Source: a bacterium
GTDB lineage: Bacteria > Synergistota > GBS-1
Length of the DNA stretch: 64,000 nucleotides
Reading direction: 5' to 3'
Assembly (NCBI GenBank): GCA_030153785.1
Contig: JASKLF010000009.1
Coordinates: forward strand, 1 to 64,000
Position 1 is the first letter of the stretch, and each line of letters starts with the position of its first letter. This document shows positions 35,284-45,189 of this stretch, one piece after another. The translations under genes and the position numbers were made by a program. The notes beneath the pieces are model-generated. The model saw only the letters and a list, made by a program, of their open reading frames with translations. It did no database searches and was not told where the DNA came from.

Positions 35284-37596
35284 ATGGGGAGAACAAATGA
35301 TAAAACCGCTGTCATACTAGAAAGAACAAGAAGTCTGACTCCTCGCTTGAATTTAATAACCAAGACTGCAGCTATTCTAATAGGAATATACGAGGTCCTT
35401 TTTATTTTTAGATTTCATTTTTATCTTTACGACCTTCTTGCAAAATTAGGAATAAAATTAGACATACTGCAACAAGGGTTTCAGGATAAGCAGGGAATGG
35501 CCTTCGTGCTTGGGTTACTATTTTTAATAGCTTTCCTTCTTTACCCTCCCTTAAGGAAAGAGAGATACCTCGCCAATGTTCTTTGGACTGACTACATTCT
35601 AATCTTTCTCGGATTATCAAGTATGCTTTACATGTTTGTTAGATACCCTTCATTTACCATTTATTACGAGGTATACAAGTGGGATATTCTATTTGGCCTG
35701 ATAGCAATAGGTCTGGTTTTAGAAGCCACTAGAAGAACATTGGGTTGGATTCTTCCTGCCATAGTTTTCGTTTTCCTTATAATAGGCATAAAAGATACGG
35801 ACTTTAATTGGTCCAGATTTGTTCAGTACCTTTACCTTGATCAGGGAATATTTGGAATCCCATTCTTCGTTATGACGATATATGTCTTTGCTTTTATATT
35901 CTTTGGAGCATTCCTTCTAAAAATAGGCGTTAGCGATTACATGACGCAACTAATGATATCAGTATTCGGAACTAAATCCGGAGGTCCCGCAAAGTCAGCT
36001 GTAGTATCAAGTGCATTAATGGGAACAGTAAGCGGAAGCTCTGTAGCAAACGTGCTAACAACAGGAACTTTTACTATACCCTTGATGAAGAAAACAGGAT
36101 ACCCTCCCGAAATAGCAGGTGCAGTAGAACCTGTCGCATCAACAGGAGGACAGCTTATGCCTCCTGTAATGGGAGCAGCCGCCTTTATAATGGCGCAATT
36201 CCTCGGCATTCCATACAATAAGATTATAATTGCAGCTGTCATACCTGCGCTCATTTATTATATGGGTGTATATATTTTCATAGATATAGAAACGAAACGG
36301 TTAGGGTTAAAAGGAATATCTAAAGAAAATCTTACTCCTCTTTCTTATTTTATAAGAAAGTTCTACATAATGCTTCCCATAGTCGTAATAACAATTGCCT
36401 TGGTTTGGGGAATAGCTCCACATATAGCAGCAATATCCTGTTTAGGCATAGCCATATGGGTAGCTTGGGTATCAAAAGATGAAATTCAAGGAAACGAGAT
36501 TTTATATGCGATCTTCGTCCTTTTTACCACATTCCTAATGTTTACGGGAGATAACCTATCTAAACCTGTTTCATTGGTGCTTCTTTCTCTTCTGATTCTT
36601 CTAACCATATTAGGATTGTTAAGAAGAAATATGATAACCTTCAACGAAAAGTTTTTCATAAGCTTTTCTTTTATAAGTTTCTTGGCTTTAACGAAATACA
36701 TGGGAATGAGAAAGGAATCTATCTTATTCATGAGTGGGGTTTTCGGTATAGTCTTTTCCCTATTGATAGGGACTTTATCTAGAAATGAGCAAGGGAAAGC
36801 CATGTTTAGAGCCACATTTGAATCAATGATAGACGCAGGCAAAACAAGCACCTCAATAATGTTTGCAGCCGCAAGTGCTGGGTTGATACAGGGAGTCTTA
36901 ACAATGACAGGTCTTGTTACTAGCCTTGGTTACAAACTTGTCGATCTAACAGGTGGAAATTTATTACTTATACTAATTATGAGCATGATTTTTAGCCTAA
37001 TTTTAGGTATGGGAGTTCCAACAACCGCTAACTATGTTATAACTTCTCTTGTTGCCGCTCCTGCAGTATATAAAGCTGTGGCTGACGCTGGAGGAATATA
37101 TGTCGAAAATGTGCTTGGATACGGTCCCCCTGTGGCACTACTTGCAGCTCATTTCTTTGTCTTCTACTTTGGCATCCTGGCTGACCTTACTCCTCCCGTG
37201 GCATTAGCTGCCTACGCAGGATCTACTCTTGCAGGCGGGGATTTTTGGAAAACAGCAAGAAACTCGGTCAAATACGCTTTAGCCGGTTTCATAGGACCCT
37301 ATATTTACTTCTCTAACCCTGAAATGTTCTTGATAACCGTAAAAACCTGGGATATATATGCAGTATTGAAACTTCTTTACCTATTCCTAACAACAGGTTT
37401 GCTAATATACATGCTCGGTATAGCAGTCACAGGATACTTTAGAGGACCAATTGATAAGTGGTTAAGAGTAGTTATTGGTGGTCTGGCTTTGTTAAACGCC
37501 CAAATGAACCCTATCTTCGTTATCCTAAGTATCGGGTTGATGTTATTCCTCGGGTTAAAGAAAAGGAAGAAAACTTCCACACTGGGAACATCGTGA
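35284..37596 (+). CDS. TRAP transporter 4TM/12TM fusion permease (DctQM)
   Basis: LEATRR, GGPAK.AVVSS, SGSSVANV, ASTGGQLMPPVMGAAAF, LGMGVPTTANY, ADLTPPVALAA. Confidence 0.95.
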   Translation: MGRTNDKTAVILERTRSLTPRLNLITKTAAILIGIYEVLFIFRFHFYLYDLLAKLGIKLDILQQGFQDKQGMAFVLGLLFLIAFLLYPPLRKERYLANVLWTDYILIFLGLSSMLYMFVRYPSFTIYYEVYKWDILFGLIAIGLVLEATRRTLGWILPAIVFVFLIIGIKDTDFNWSRFVQYLYLDQGIFGIPFFVMTIYVFAFIFFGAFLLKIGVSDYMTQLMISVFGTKSGGPAKSAVVSSALMGTVSGSSVANVLTTGTFTIPLMKKTGYPPEIAGAVEPVASTGGQLMPPVMGAAAFIMAQFLGIPYNKIIIAAVIPALIYYMGVYIFIDIETKRLGLKGISKENLTPLSYFIRKFYIMLPIVVITIALVWGIAPHIAAISCLGIAIWVAWVSKDEIQGNEILYAIFVLFTTFLMFTGDNLSKPVSLVLLSLLILLTILGLLRRNMITFNEKFFISFSFISFLALTKYMGMRKESILFMSGVFGIVFSLLIGTLSRNEQGKAMFRATFESMIDAGKTSTSIMFAAASAGLIQGVLTMTGLVTSLGYKLVDLTGGNLLLILIMSMIFSLILGMGVPTTANYVITSLVAAPAVYKAVADAGGIYVENVLGYGPPVALLAAHFFVFYFGILADLTPPVALAAYAGSTLAGGDFWKTARNSVKYALAGFIGPYIYFSNPEMFLITVKTWDIYAVLKLLYLFLTTGLLIYMLGIAVTGYFRGPIDKWLRVVIGGLALLNAQMNPIFVILSIGLMLFLGLKKRKKTSTLGTS

Positions 37597-38289
37597 CAAT
37601 TTTGCTTGAAAAGCGGTTTCCAAAAAGCTACCTTTTGCTACCTCATCAGGGGAACCAAAAAATAAAGTAGACCCATCCTTTAATAACATAACAAAAGATG
37701 CCATACGGAGCGCTATGTTTATTTCGTGAAAAACAGATATAACGATCACTCCATTTGCAGTTATTTCTTTCAAAAGCTCGATCAAAATAGCTTGATGCTT
37801 TAAATCGAGATGGTTCAATGGCTCATCCAGGAGGAGAATTTTGGGAGTCTGAGCTAAAACTTTAGCTATGACAACTCTTTTAAATTCTCCTCCACTTAAA
37901 GATGTTATTTTTCTGTTTTTCAGCTCTTGAAGATGAAGCCTTTGTATAAGCTCTTCTACTATTTCCTGTCCTTTCCCTTTATAAGGGTATCTTCCCATCG
38001 CAATTACTTCTTCAACTGAAAAAGGAAAATCAAATCTAACGGTTTGAGGAAGCGTGGCTACTATTCTTGCTCTTTCGTAAGATGAGAGTGACAAAATATC
38101 TAAACCATCGAAAATAACGCTCCCCTTCAACGGACGAAGAATGCCAGAAATAACTTTTATTATGGTGCTCTTGCCAGAGCCATTGGGCCCTAAAATAGCC
38201 AAGAAGTCTCCCTTTCTTAAAGAGAAGGTGATATCCTTGATTACACTTTTTCCTGCATATCCCGCATAGACATTTCTAACTTCAAGCAC
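37555..38289 (-). CDS. Cobalamin/iron-chelate ABC transporter ATPase (BtuD-like)
   Basis: [24 protein letters not shown]; last gene of the riboswitch-led operon. Confidence 0.9.
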   Translation of the reverse strand: MLEVRNVYAGYAGKSVIKDITFSLRKGDFLAILGPNGSGKSTIIKVISGILRPLKGSVIFDGLDILSLSSYERARIVATLPQTVRFDFPFSVEEVIAMGRYPYKGKGQEIVEELIQRLHLQELKNRKITSLSGGEFKRVVIAKVLAQTPKILLLDEPLNHLDLKHQAILIELLKEITANGVIVISVFHEINIALRMASFVMLLKDGSTLFFGSPDEVAKGSFLETAFQAKLSRCSQCGSFLPFL

Positions 38290-39226
38290 TATTTTTCACC
38301 TTTCCACGAAGGAGATATATAAAAATCGGGGAACCACAAAGCGCTGTAATTATACCTACAGGAATTTCAATCGGAGATAATAAAATTCGTGAGAGAGCAT
38401 CTGCAAACGCCAAAAAACCTCCTCCCAACAATATTGAAAAGGGAAGAAGCTTTCGATGGTCGGGAGAAATAACCATTCTCACCATATGGGGGACTATTAG
38501 CCCCACAAAGCCGATTATGCCACTTGAAGCAACAGAGAAAGCTGCTAAAAGGGAAGAAACAATTACAAGTAGTTTTACAAGTCTATTAAAATCTACTCCC
38601 ATTTGTTCAGCATGCTCCTCTCCCCACAATATGATGTTAAGCTCCGAAGCATACCTGATTATAAGTAAAGAGAAAAGTGTGAAAAAAGGAAGAATCCTAA
38701 TAACACTACTCCATGATGAAAGGCCGAACCCCCCCCACAGCCAAAAGAGAATCCCATGAATACCCTGTCCCATAAAATATAATAGGAAACCTAAAAAAGC
38801 AGATAAAAAAGAATTGACCGCTATACCACTAAGAAGTAGGCGTTCTGAAGACAAAAAACCATTATAAAAGGAAAGTTGATAGACGATGAAAAACGAAAGA
38901 ATCGCCCCGGCGAAAGACGAAAGCTCAATACCCCAATCCACCCCTAACATGACTCCTAAGACCGCTCCAACAGCAGCACCAGCAGATATGCCGAGAAGAT
39001 AAGGTTCTGCTAAAGGATTCCTAAGAATAGCTTGAAGAGTAGAACCTGACAGAGACAGGGAAGCTCCGACTATAAAAGCGTGAATTACCCGGGGAAGTCT
39101 AACTTTCCAAAAAATAGGCGATCCTTGTAGGATATCCTTAAGAGAAATAGAAGTTGGTCCCTCGTATATCGAGAATAACAGGAAGAAAATGAAAAGACAT
39201 AGGAGCAATATCCTTTTCACGGTCAT
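38282..39226 (-). CDS. FecCD/BtuC family ABC permease
   Basis: RLPR, Q..LRNPLAEPYLLGISAGA, GIIGFVGLIVPH, EIPVG. Confidence 0.93.
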   Translation of the reverse strand: MTVKRILLLCLFIFFLLFSIYEGPTSISLKDILQGSPIFWKVRLPRVIHAFIVGASLSLSGSTLQAILRNPLAEPYLLGISAGAAVGAVLGVMLGVDWGIELSSFAGAILSFFIVYQLSFYNGFLSSERLLLSGIAVNSFLSAFLGFLLYFMGQGIHGILFWLWGGFGLSSWSSVIRILPFFTLFSLLIIRYASELNIILWGEEHAEQMGVDFNRLVKLLVIVSSLLAAFSVASSGIIGFVGLIVPHMVRMVISPDHRKLLPFSILLGGGFLAFADALSRILLSPIEIPVGIITALCGSPIFIYLLRGKVKNSA

Positions 39227-39927
39227 TTAAGTTTGAAGACCACCTTTTGCCTTACGATACTTCTAACAGCTTTCCCATCTCTCTGGGCCGGAACAAATGT
39301 CCACTTTCTAACTGCTTCAATAGCTGCTTTATCCAAGATGTTATATCCTGAAGATTCTACCACCTTTACTTCCCCCACTCTACCATCCGGCAGGACCTCT
39401 ATATCTAGAACCACAACCCCTTCATACCTCATTTTCCTCGCAATAAATGGGTAAGATGGCTTCTCGACCCTTGAAGGCTTCGGAGGAACTAATATTGTTC
39501 TTTCACTCTGCTTCGTTCCCCGAGTTTCATAACTCATATTTTCCTTTGCACTTACTGGTCTTTTATCATGAGAGATATTTTTCTTACCTGAAGATTTCAC
39601 TCTCGTTAGTATTCCAGGTTTTTTATTACTTTCCTTAAAAGAAGCCTTTGTGGAAACAGTTTGTTTTTTTATTTCTAGTTTTCTCAAGGAAATTTTCGCC
39701 TTCAAGGGGAGTCTCAAAGATGTTCCCCCATCAACTCCTTTTCCTACCCCTCCTTTCAAATTTTCCATCGTCTCTACATTCACTCTCGTACTCCTCATTT
39801 CTACAACCTTCACCCATACAATATCCGTTTTAGTCAAGGAAGAAAAAGAAGGAAGATTCACAAAGATCAAGACATGAACAATTATGGAAAAAAAGAAAGC
39901 GACAAGAAGTTCAATCCTCTGGCTCAA
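39223..39927 (-). CDS. tonB: Energy transducer TonB
   Basis: N-terminal TM with S..VH motif; C-terminal YP..AR..EG.V, SSG..LD.AA..AV.KW.F.PA. Confidence 0.9.
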   Translation of the reverse strand: MSQRIELLVAFFFSIIVHVLIFVNLPSFSSLTKTDIVWVKVVEMRSTRVNVETMENLKGGVGKGVDGGTSLRLPLKAKISLRKLEIKKQTVSTKASFKESNKKPGILTRVKSSGKKNISHDKRPVSAKENMSYETRGTKQSERTILVPPKPSRVEKPSYPFIARKMRYEGVVVLDIEVLPDGRVGEVKVVESSGYNILDKAAIEAVRKWTFVPAQRDGKAVRSIVRQKVVFKLK

Positions 39928-40300
39928 CCGCCAACCCCACCTTTTCTACTCCCTTTTTCCTCAGCATATTTAAAAGCTCAATTACGTTCCCATACTTAAC
40001 TCCTTTATCTCCTCTTATAAGATAAACGAATGAATCACTTTTTTCCTCGATTCTGCGCAAAAGCTCCTCAGAGCTTACGGCTTCCTTTCCCCAAAAAAGC
40101 CTGCCTTCACTTGTTAAAGTTATTACTACAAGATTCTCCTCCCTAACCAGTGACGACCGAGACTTAGGAAGGTCTACCTTGATTGCAAAAGGGATAAAAG
40201 CTGTAGTAAGCACAAAAAAGATCAAAAGTTGCAGTATAATGTCTATCAAAGGAGTTAAATCCAAAAAGGTTTCTCCTTCCTTTAGTTTTCTTTTGCCCAT
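39911..40300 (-). CDS. exbD: Biopolymer transport protein ExbD
   Basis: LTPLIDI..LLIFF, V.LP, IRGD..V.YG.V. Confidence 0.9.
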   Translation of the reverse strand: MGKRKLKEGETFLDLTPLIDIILQLLIFFVLTTAFIPFAIKVDLPKSRSSLVREENLVVITLTSEGRLFWGKEAVSSEELLRRIEEKSDSFVYLIRGDKGVKYGNVIELLNMLRKKGVEKVGLAVEPED

Positions 40301-41157
40301 TTTCTAAACACCTCGTAAAGCTGTTTGGCACCTTCCACAACCCTGGGGGACAATCTAAAAAGCAAATCCCCATCAATTTCAAAAACTCTTTTCTCATCTA
40401 TAAATTGCAATCTTCTTTCCCTTAAAACTCTTAAAAATCTTTCTTTGCTTACTCCCATACCCCCTTTTCCACCTATAACTATAACTATATCAGGAGGATT
40501 TTCGATAAGATACTCTATGCTGTATATAGGAAAATAAGCATCGGTATTTGAAACCATGTTTTTCCCACCTGCTATCTCAATAAGCTCACTTATATAGCTT
40601 TTTTCGCTCACCGTTGCTAAAGGGGAATCCCATATAACGATAAAAACCTTGGGATGTTTTTTCAATTTCCTTCCCTTTTCAGACAAATTGAAAAGCTCCC
40701 TTCTAACTCTTTCCCTCAATTCCTTAGCTTCTTTTTCCCTCTTAGTAAACTTCCCCAGATCCTTTATACAAAGATAAAGTTCATTTAAAGACTCGTATAA
40801 CTTAAGGGAGTAGCAAGGAATTCCAAGTTCACTTAATCTTTTTAAAAGCTCTTCATGAAGATTTGATATACCTAAAACCAAATCTGGTTTAAGCTCAAGA
40901 ATCTTTTCTATACTCGGGTTGGTTAAATCCCCTACTTTAGGTAGCTTCTTCACCGCCTCAGGATAATCATCAAAATAGGTAACCCCAACAACCTTATCAC
41001 CAGCTCCTATGGCAAAGAGAATTTCCGTCATCGAGGGAACAAGAGAGACTATCCTTTGAACAGGGATATTCACGTTTATCGAAAAAACAGGTAAATTAGA
41101 AAATAGTAGAACAACCAAAACAAGCAAAAGATTAAGACCCGCCTCCTTTCGTAGCAA
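40282..41157 (-). CDS. btuF: Cobalamin-binding periplasmic protein (BtuF-like)
   Basis: RIVSLVPSMTEILFAIGAGD.VVGVT, PSIEKI..LKPDLV, R..PR; B12 riboswitch context. Confidence 0.85.
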   Translation of the reverse strand: MLRKEAGLNLLLVLVVLLFSNLPVFSINVNIPVQRIVSLVPSMTEILFAIGAGDKVVGVTYFDDYPEAVKKLPKVGDLTNPSIEKILELKPDLVLGISNLHEELLKRLSELGIPCYSLKLYESLNELYLCIKDLGKFTKREKEAKELRERVRRELFNLSEKGRKLKKHPKVFIVIWDSPLATVSEKSYISELIEIAGGKNMVSNTDAYFPIYSIEYLIENPPDIVIVIGGKGGMGVSKERFLRVLRERRLQFIDEKRVFEIDGDLLFRLSPRVVEGAKQLYEVFRKWAKEN

Positions 41158-41665
41158 CCCCTTTCAAGACCTCCTCGCTTATTTTCAACAGCCTTTCCTC
41201 TATCTTGGAAACAATGGAAGAAAGGATACTGTGCATGAGTGTTGCAGGTATCGCCACTGAAAGGCCAAATACAGTCGTTAAAAGAGCAACCCATATACCT
41301 CCTGCAAGCGCAGCAGGGTCCCCAAGCTTTCCCTCAGAAACTTTTTTAAATACTTCGACCATACCCAAAACTGTCCCTAAAAGTCCCAGAAGGGTGCTTA
41401 TCTTAGCTATCAAAGATAAAGTACCTAATCCCTTAGAAAGCTTCCTAACTTCTAAGTCTATAGCAAGCTCAAATATCTCCCTGAATCCCTTCAAATCTGC
41501 CCGAGTTTCTTCAATTATGCTATGTAAATAAGCTCTAAAATTGCTATATATCGAATCTTTATTCATAAGCGCAATTAATCTTTCAACGAAAATGGCTAAT
41601 GCAAAAATAGAACATATAAGTATAGGATACATTAACGGTCCACCCTTTTTAAGCCAATCCATCAC
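41132..41665 (-). CDS. exbB: MotA/TolQ/ExbB proton channel protein
   Basis: GGPLMYPI, LLGLLGTVLGM..F, LAGGI..AL.TT..GL.VAIPA. Confidence 0.9.
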   Translation of the reverse strand: MMDWLKKGGPLMYPILICSIFALAIFVERLIALMNKDSIYSNFRAYLHSIIEETRADLKGFREIFELAIDLEVRKLSKGLGTLSLIAKISTLLGLLGTVLGMVEVFKKVSEGKLGDPAALAGGIWVALLTTVFGLSVAIPATLMHSILSSIVSKIEERLLKISEEVLKGVATKGGGS

Positions 41666-41718
41666 TATCCTCCCTTGATTAATATTCTGCCTTTTTGTAT
41701 CATTTATAAAAGCAGGGT

Positions 41719-41779
41719 GGAGGGGAAAGGACTCCTTTCTTACAGGGGGAGCGGGTGGGGAGGAGTCCTATACCCCTCC
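41719..41779 (-). terminator. Long intergenic stem-loop between btuG-like gene and exbB (terminator or mRNA-stabilising hairpin)
   Basis: ggaggggaaaggactcct (41719-41736) pairs near-perfectly with aggagtcctatacccctcc (41761-41779); a TTTT tract follows a few nt downstream on the minus strand. Confidence 0.5.
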
Positions 41780-41797
41780 AAAGGTATTAGTTCTTGA

Positions 41798-42928
41798 TTA
41801 GTTGGAAGCCAAAATATCGATGGAATATGGAGGATATCCAATCTCCTCTTCAGATATTTCCCTTAAAATTTCGTTGGAATGCGTATCGTAGATTACTACT
41901 TTACCATTACCCTCTCCACTTCCTCTATCCAGGATAAAAAGATATCCCGAATAAGGGTCGTATTTTATAGCTGTGATATAACCCCCTGTATAAATTGAAT
42001 TGCCCACTTCCCCTGTAGAGATATCATACTCAAACACCTTGTAGCTAGGCCAACCTCCACCTAAAAGGTAAGCCTTTCCCTCCTCTGTTATCTCAAGAGA
42101 ATATACATCCATTCCTTCCTCTTGCAAGGGGGCAACGCTTTTAACCTGAACATCATAATTGGATGGAGTGATAACCTCTATAAAGTCATCAGAAGGATCG
42201 TAAAGTTTCCCACTCTCAACTATGTAGAACTTACCCTGATAGTAATCTATATCGTTCGGGTTCTTACCGCTAAGGGTTACACTTCTACTGATTTCGTCTG
42301 AATTTAAATCAATAACAACGACCGTTCCAGTCGCATAGTCAAAGGTTTCCGCGTCGAACCTTTGTAAAATAACGAAAAGCTTTCCCCCTACCACTAATCC
42401 TTTAGCTGCATTAGGTGGACCGTCCTGACCATAAGAATAGGAAGATAGGTCTATTTTCTTTGTTTCATCCCCTGTAATTGGATTTATCTTCTGTATGTAG
42501 CTCTCTCCCCACGGAATTGCATAAGCGGTATTTTCATCAACGAAGGCAATATCGTAAACGTTCCTGCCCAGACTGTACTCTTTAAGCGGGTTTTCCCAAG
42601 TTCCCGTTGCGATATCGTAACTTTTAACAGGAGAAGGCACTGTCCCCCAAGAAGGTCTTTCCACGATGAAAGCATAGTTCTTAAAAGTTTTCACTATAGT
42701 ATCTCCGCTAAGGTTGGACACAACGCTCTTTTGAACAGCAAAAGATTCGTCACTTAAATCCAAGGTAGAGAGATTACCAGACTGGTAAGAAGAATCTACC
42801 CCTACTACTAAAGCAAAGTAGTTACTTGGTATCCAGCTTTCCTCACCACCTCCACCGCATCCCCAAAGAAGGAAGAGGCAACCCAAAGCTACAAGAAGAT
42901 ACAATAATTTTTTCCTCAAAAAAATCAC
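41798..42928 (-). CDS. Beta-propeller lipoprotein, BtuG/YncE-like
   Basis: Lipobox LWGC followed by a GGGG linker; beta-propeller repeats (NPNDI, VVVIDL..DEI); directly downstream of the TonB-dependent receptor. Confidence 0.7.
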   Translation of the reverse strand: MIFLRKKLLYLLVALGCLFLLWGCGGGGEESWIPSNYFALVVGVDSSYQSGNLSTLDLSDESFAVQKSVVSNLSGDTIVKTFKNYAFIVERPSWGTVPSPVKSYDIATGTWENPLKEYSLGRNVYDIAFVDENTAYAIPWGESYIQKINPITGDETKKIDLSSYSYGQDGPPNAAKGLVVGGKLFVILQRFDAETFDYATGTVVVIDLNSDEISRSVTLSGKNPNDIDYYQGKFYIVESGKLYDPSDDFIEVITPSNYDVQVKSVAPLQEEGMDVYSLEITEEGKAYLLGGGWPSYKVFEYDISTGEVGNSIYTGGYITAIKYDPYSGYLFILDRGSGEGNGKVVIYDTHSNEILREISEEEIGYPPYSIDILASN

Positions 42929-42936
42929 CTCCTATA

Positions 42937-44919
42937 TCAGAAGTTCTTTATATAAGTTAGATAAAAACTTCTTCCCACTGGTGGATAATCTGCTATTCTC
43001 TCTGGTCCAAAACCGAAGGCAGGTTTAATCTTTAGATCCTGGTTATCTGTTATATTGTTTATAACAAGAGAAAGCTTCTCTTTATCAGACAGCCTATAAG
43101 AAATCCCCACATTTAAACTCCACCAGTCACTAAACTTTACTAAACCACCCGTATCAAAGTAGTTCTCACTTATAAAATTTCCCTCCGCGAAAGCTTCAAA
43201 CCCTTTCCAAGATTTACTTACTCTGAGAGTTAAATTATGCTCGGGCCTATTAGGCAACGGTTTCTCTCTTCTATAGCCGGGAACTTCACTTTTTGTCTCC
43301 ATGTATGTATAAGACAACGATAAGTTCCATCCACCTTTTATAAAACAGGTAACTCCAGTCTCAACGCCGTATATTTTAGCTCCTTCAATGTTTATATAAC
43401 GTCCGAACTTAGGATTGAGCATTACAAATTCAATCAAATCATCTACATCGCTCCTAAAGTAAGTGATGTAGCCAATAAGTCTTTCATCCCTGTATTCTAA
43501 TCCAAGATCAAAATTTTCACCCTTCTCGTTTTTAAGTGAAGGATTGGCTATTATAAAGGCACCGTCTCCAAACTTTTCGTAAAAGTTAGGAATACGAATG
43601 TACTTTCCCCATGTAGTTTTTAAAGACCAATTTTCGTTAATCGTATACCTAAACCTTAAACCATGAGAGAAAGAATCTGAAGTTGAAGAGATCACTTCGT
43701 TATCAAGAAACTCGGATCTATCGCTTACGCTTATAAATCTAATCCATGGAATAATGGAAAATTTACCAGATGTATAAGTATAATCGAGGGAAAAGCTGAA
43801 TGTCTCTCTTTCATAGTTGTTCAACCCTCCAAGAGGAGAAACTTCCCCCTGGCTAACTATGTCTCCTCCAGGGATAAACCCTTCTTTAAAAAGATTAAGA
43901 TAAGCCTCAACAAAGTTGGAGTCATTCATTAGATAGTTCAGCGAGAGCTGAGCCCCGATTTTATGGGAGTTATACCAGTTATGCCGCTGTCCTTCCCAAC
44001 CAACATCTCCGTAAGGATTTAAAAATTCTTTTTCCGAATATATACCATAGAAGGATATATTTCCCTTAAGCTTCTCCGAAAAAGATAGTTTTTGAGAGAA
44101 CTCGGCAATGAGCCTCTCTTGAGACAAATTAGAATGCGAAATTTTATCCTCCTTATCGCTTGCCGGCGCAGGTTTTGGGAGCTCCCTATGTTTAGAGAAG
44201 TAGTTTAAGAATATACTACTGTCCTTACCAAGCCTTTTCGATATTTTTACATCTGACAATCTATAAGCATTATTGTGTCTCCTCGCTTCATAATCATCAT
44301 CAGGGTTATAAGGAGTACCATTGTCGTTAAAATATGAGTAATCTCCCTTGCTCGTCTCCATATTTATGGAAAACATGCCCCTCTTAATCGTAGAGATTCC
44401 CTCTAAGGCATAGCTACGGAAAGAACCCATTGTTGCCTTAATCGTTTTAAATTCGTGTTCCTCCGAAGTAACTATGTTTATTACCCCTCCTATTCCTGGA
44501 ATTCCAAAACGTGCCGGGACACTGCCCCTATAAACTTCTACTCTTTCCACAGCAGTAAGAGGTATGGTTGATAAATCTACCCCTCCTTCTTCTCCGGAGT
44601 TCAATAAAACGCCATTCAAGTAAACTGCCACTTGTGCTGAAGTGCTTCCTCTTATAGAAATAAGGGTGTAACTTCCTCTCCCACCAAGCCTTGTCACGTA
44701 AACCCCCGGCACCTTAGAAAGCAACTCTCCAAGGTCTTTAAATTCTCCTTCGTATTCTGAAGGAAATATAACCGAACACGAAGAGGGCTCGCCCTCAAAA
44801 AGCTCTAAAGCGGAACCTTGAACTTCTATAGGAGTTAACTCAAAGACCTGGGCGTGTGCCTTAAAAACCATGCTAGCCCAAAATAGACATATCAATAAAT
44901 GCCAAGCCCATCTCATCAA
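42937..44919 (-). CDS. TonB-dependent outer-membrane receptor, probable cobalamin receptor (BtuB-like)
   Basis: Signal peptide, TonB box-like PIEVQG, plug (ISIRGS, VERVEVYRG, GGVINIVT), NPSLKNEKG, C-terminal Phe; first gene after the B12 riboswitch. Confidence 0.9.
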   Translation of the reverse strand: MMRWAWHLLICLFWASMVFKAHAQVFELTPIEVQGSALELFEGEPSSCSVIFPSEYEGEFKDLGELLSKVPGVYVTRLGGRGSYTLISIRGSTSAQVAVYLNGVLLNSGEEGGVDLSTIPLTAVERVEVYRGSVPARFGIPGIGGVINIVTSEEHEFKTIKATMGSFRSYALEGISTIKRGMFSINMETSKGDYSYFNDNGTPYNPDDDYEARRHNNAYRLSDVKISKRLGKDSSIFLNYFSKHRELPKPAPASDKEDKISHSNLSQERLIAEFSQKLSFSEKLKGNISFYGIYSEKEFLNPYGDVGWEGQRHNWYNSHKIGAQLSLNYLMNDSNFVEAYLNLFKEGFIPGGDIVSQGEVSPLGGLNNYERETFSFSLDYTYTSGKFSIIPWIRFISVSDRSEFLDNEVISSTSDSFSHGLRFRYTINENWSLKTTWGKYIRIPNFYEKFGDGAFIIANPSLKNEKGENFDLGLEYRDERLIGYITYFRSDVDDLIEFVMLNPKFGRYINIEGAKIYGVETGVTCFIKGGWNLSLSYTYMETKSEVPGYRREKPLPNRPEHNLTLRVSKSWKGFEAFAEGNFISENYFDTGGLVKFSDWWSLNVGISYRLSDKEKLSLVINNITDNQDLKIKPAFGFGPERIADYPPVGRSFYLTYIKNF

Positions 44920-44942
44920 ACTTTATGCCCCCCTATAATTTT

Positions 44943-44982
44943 AAAGCCTGGCTCCTACCTTCTTCAGCAAGAGCCAGGCTTT
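44943..44982 (-). terminator. Expression-platform hairpin of the cobalamin riboswitch
   Basis: 12-bp inverted repeat aaagcctggctc / gagccaggcttt between aptamer and start codon. Confidence 0.6.
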
Positions 44983-45019
44983 CTTTCACCTCGCTCCTCC
45001 TACCGCAGGAGCCTTCACT

Positions 45020-45172
45020 CCCTTGGGCCGGTCTCCGGGCTTGAGGGATCATCCTACTCGGCTCGCCTTCCCAGAGATTTTCTCCCCAGTGGCTTTTAAC
45101 CTTTCGTCCCCCTCTTACCGTGGGCGGGGCCGCGCCGGACTTTCACCGGTCTTCCCGTCACCCAAAGGATGC
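45020..45172 (-). ncRNA. Cobalamin riboswitch
   Basis: Minus strand reads GGGAAgaccGGTGAAAgtCCGgcgCGGCCCCGCC..GTAA...GCCACTG...GGGAAGGC...AAGCCcGGAGACCgGCC (B12 box), upstream of btu genes. Confidence 0.93.
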
Positions 45173-45189
45173 CTTATTCTTTTGTCATT

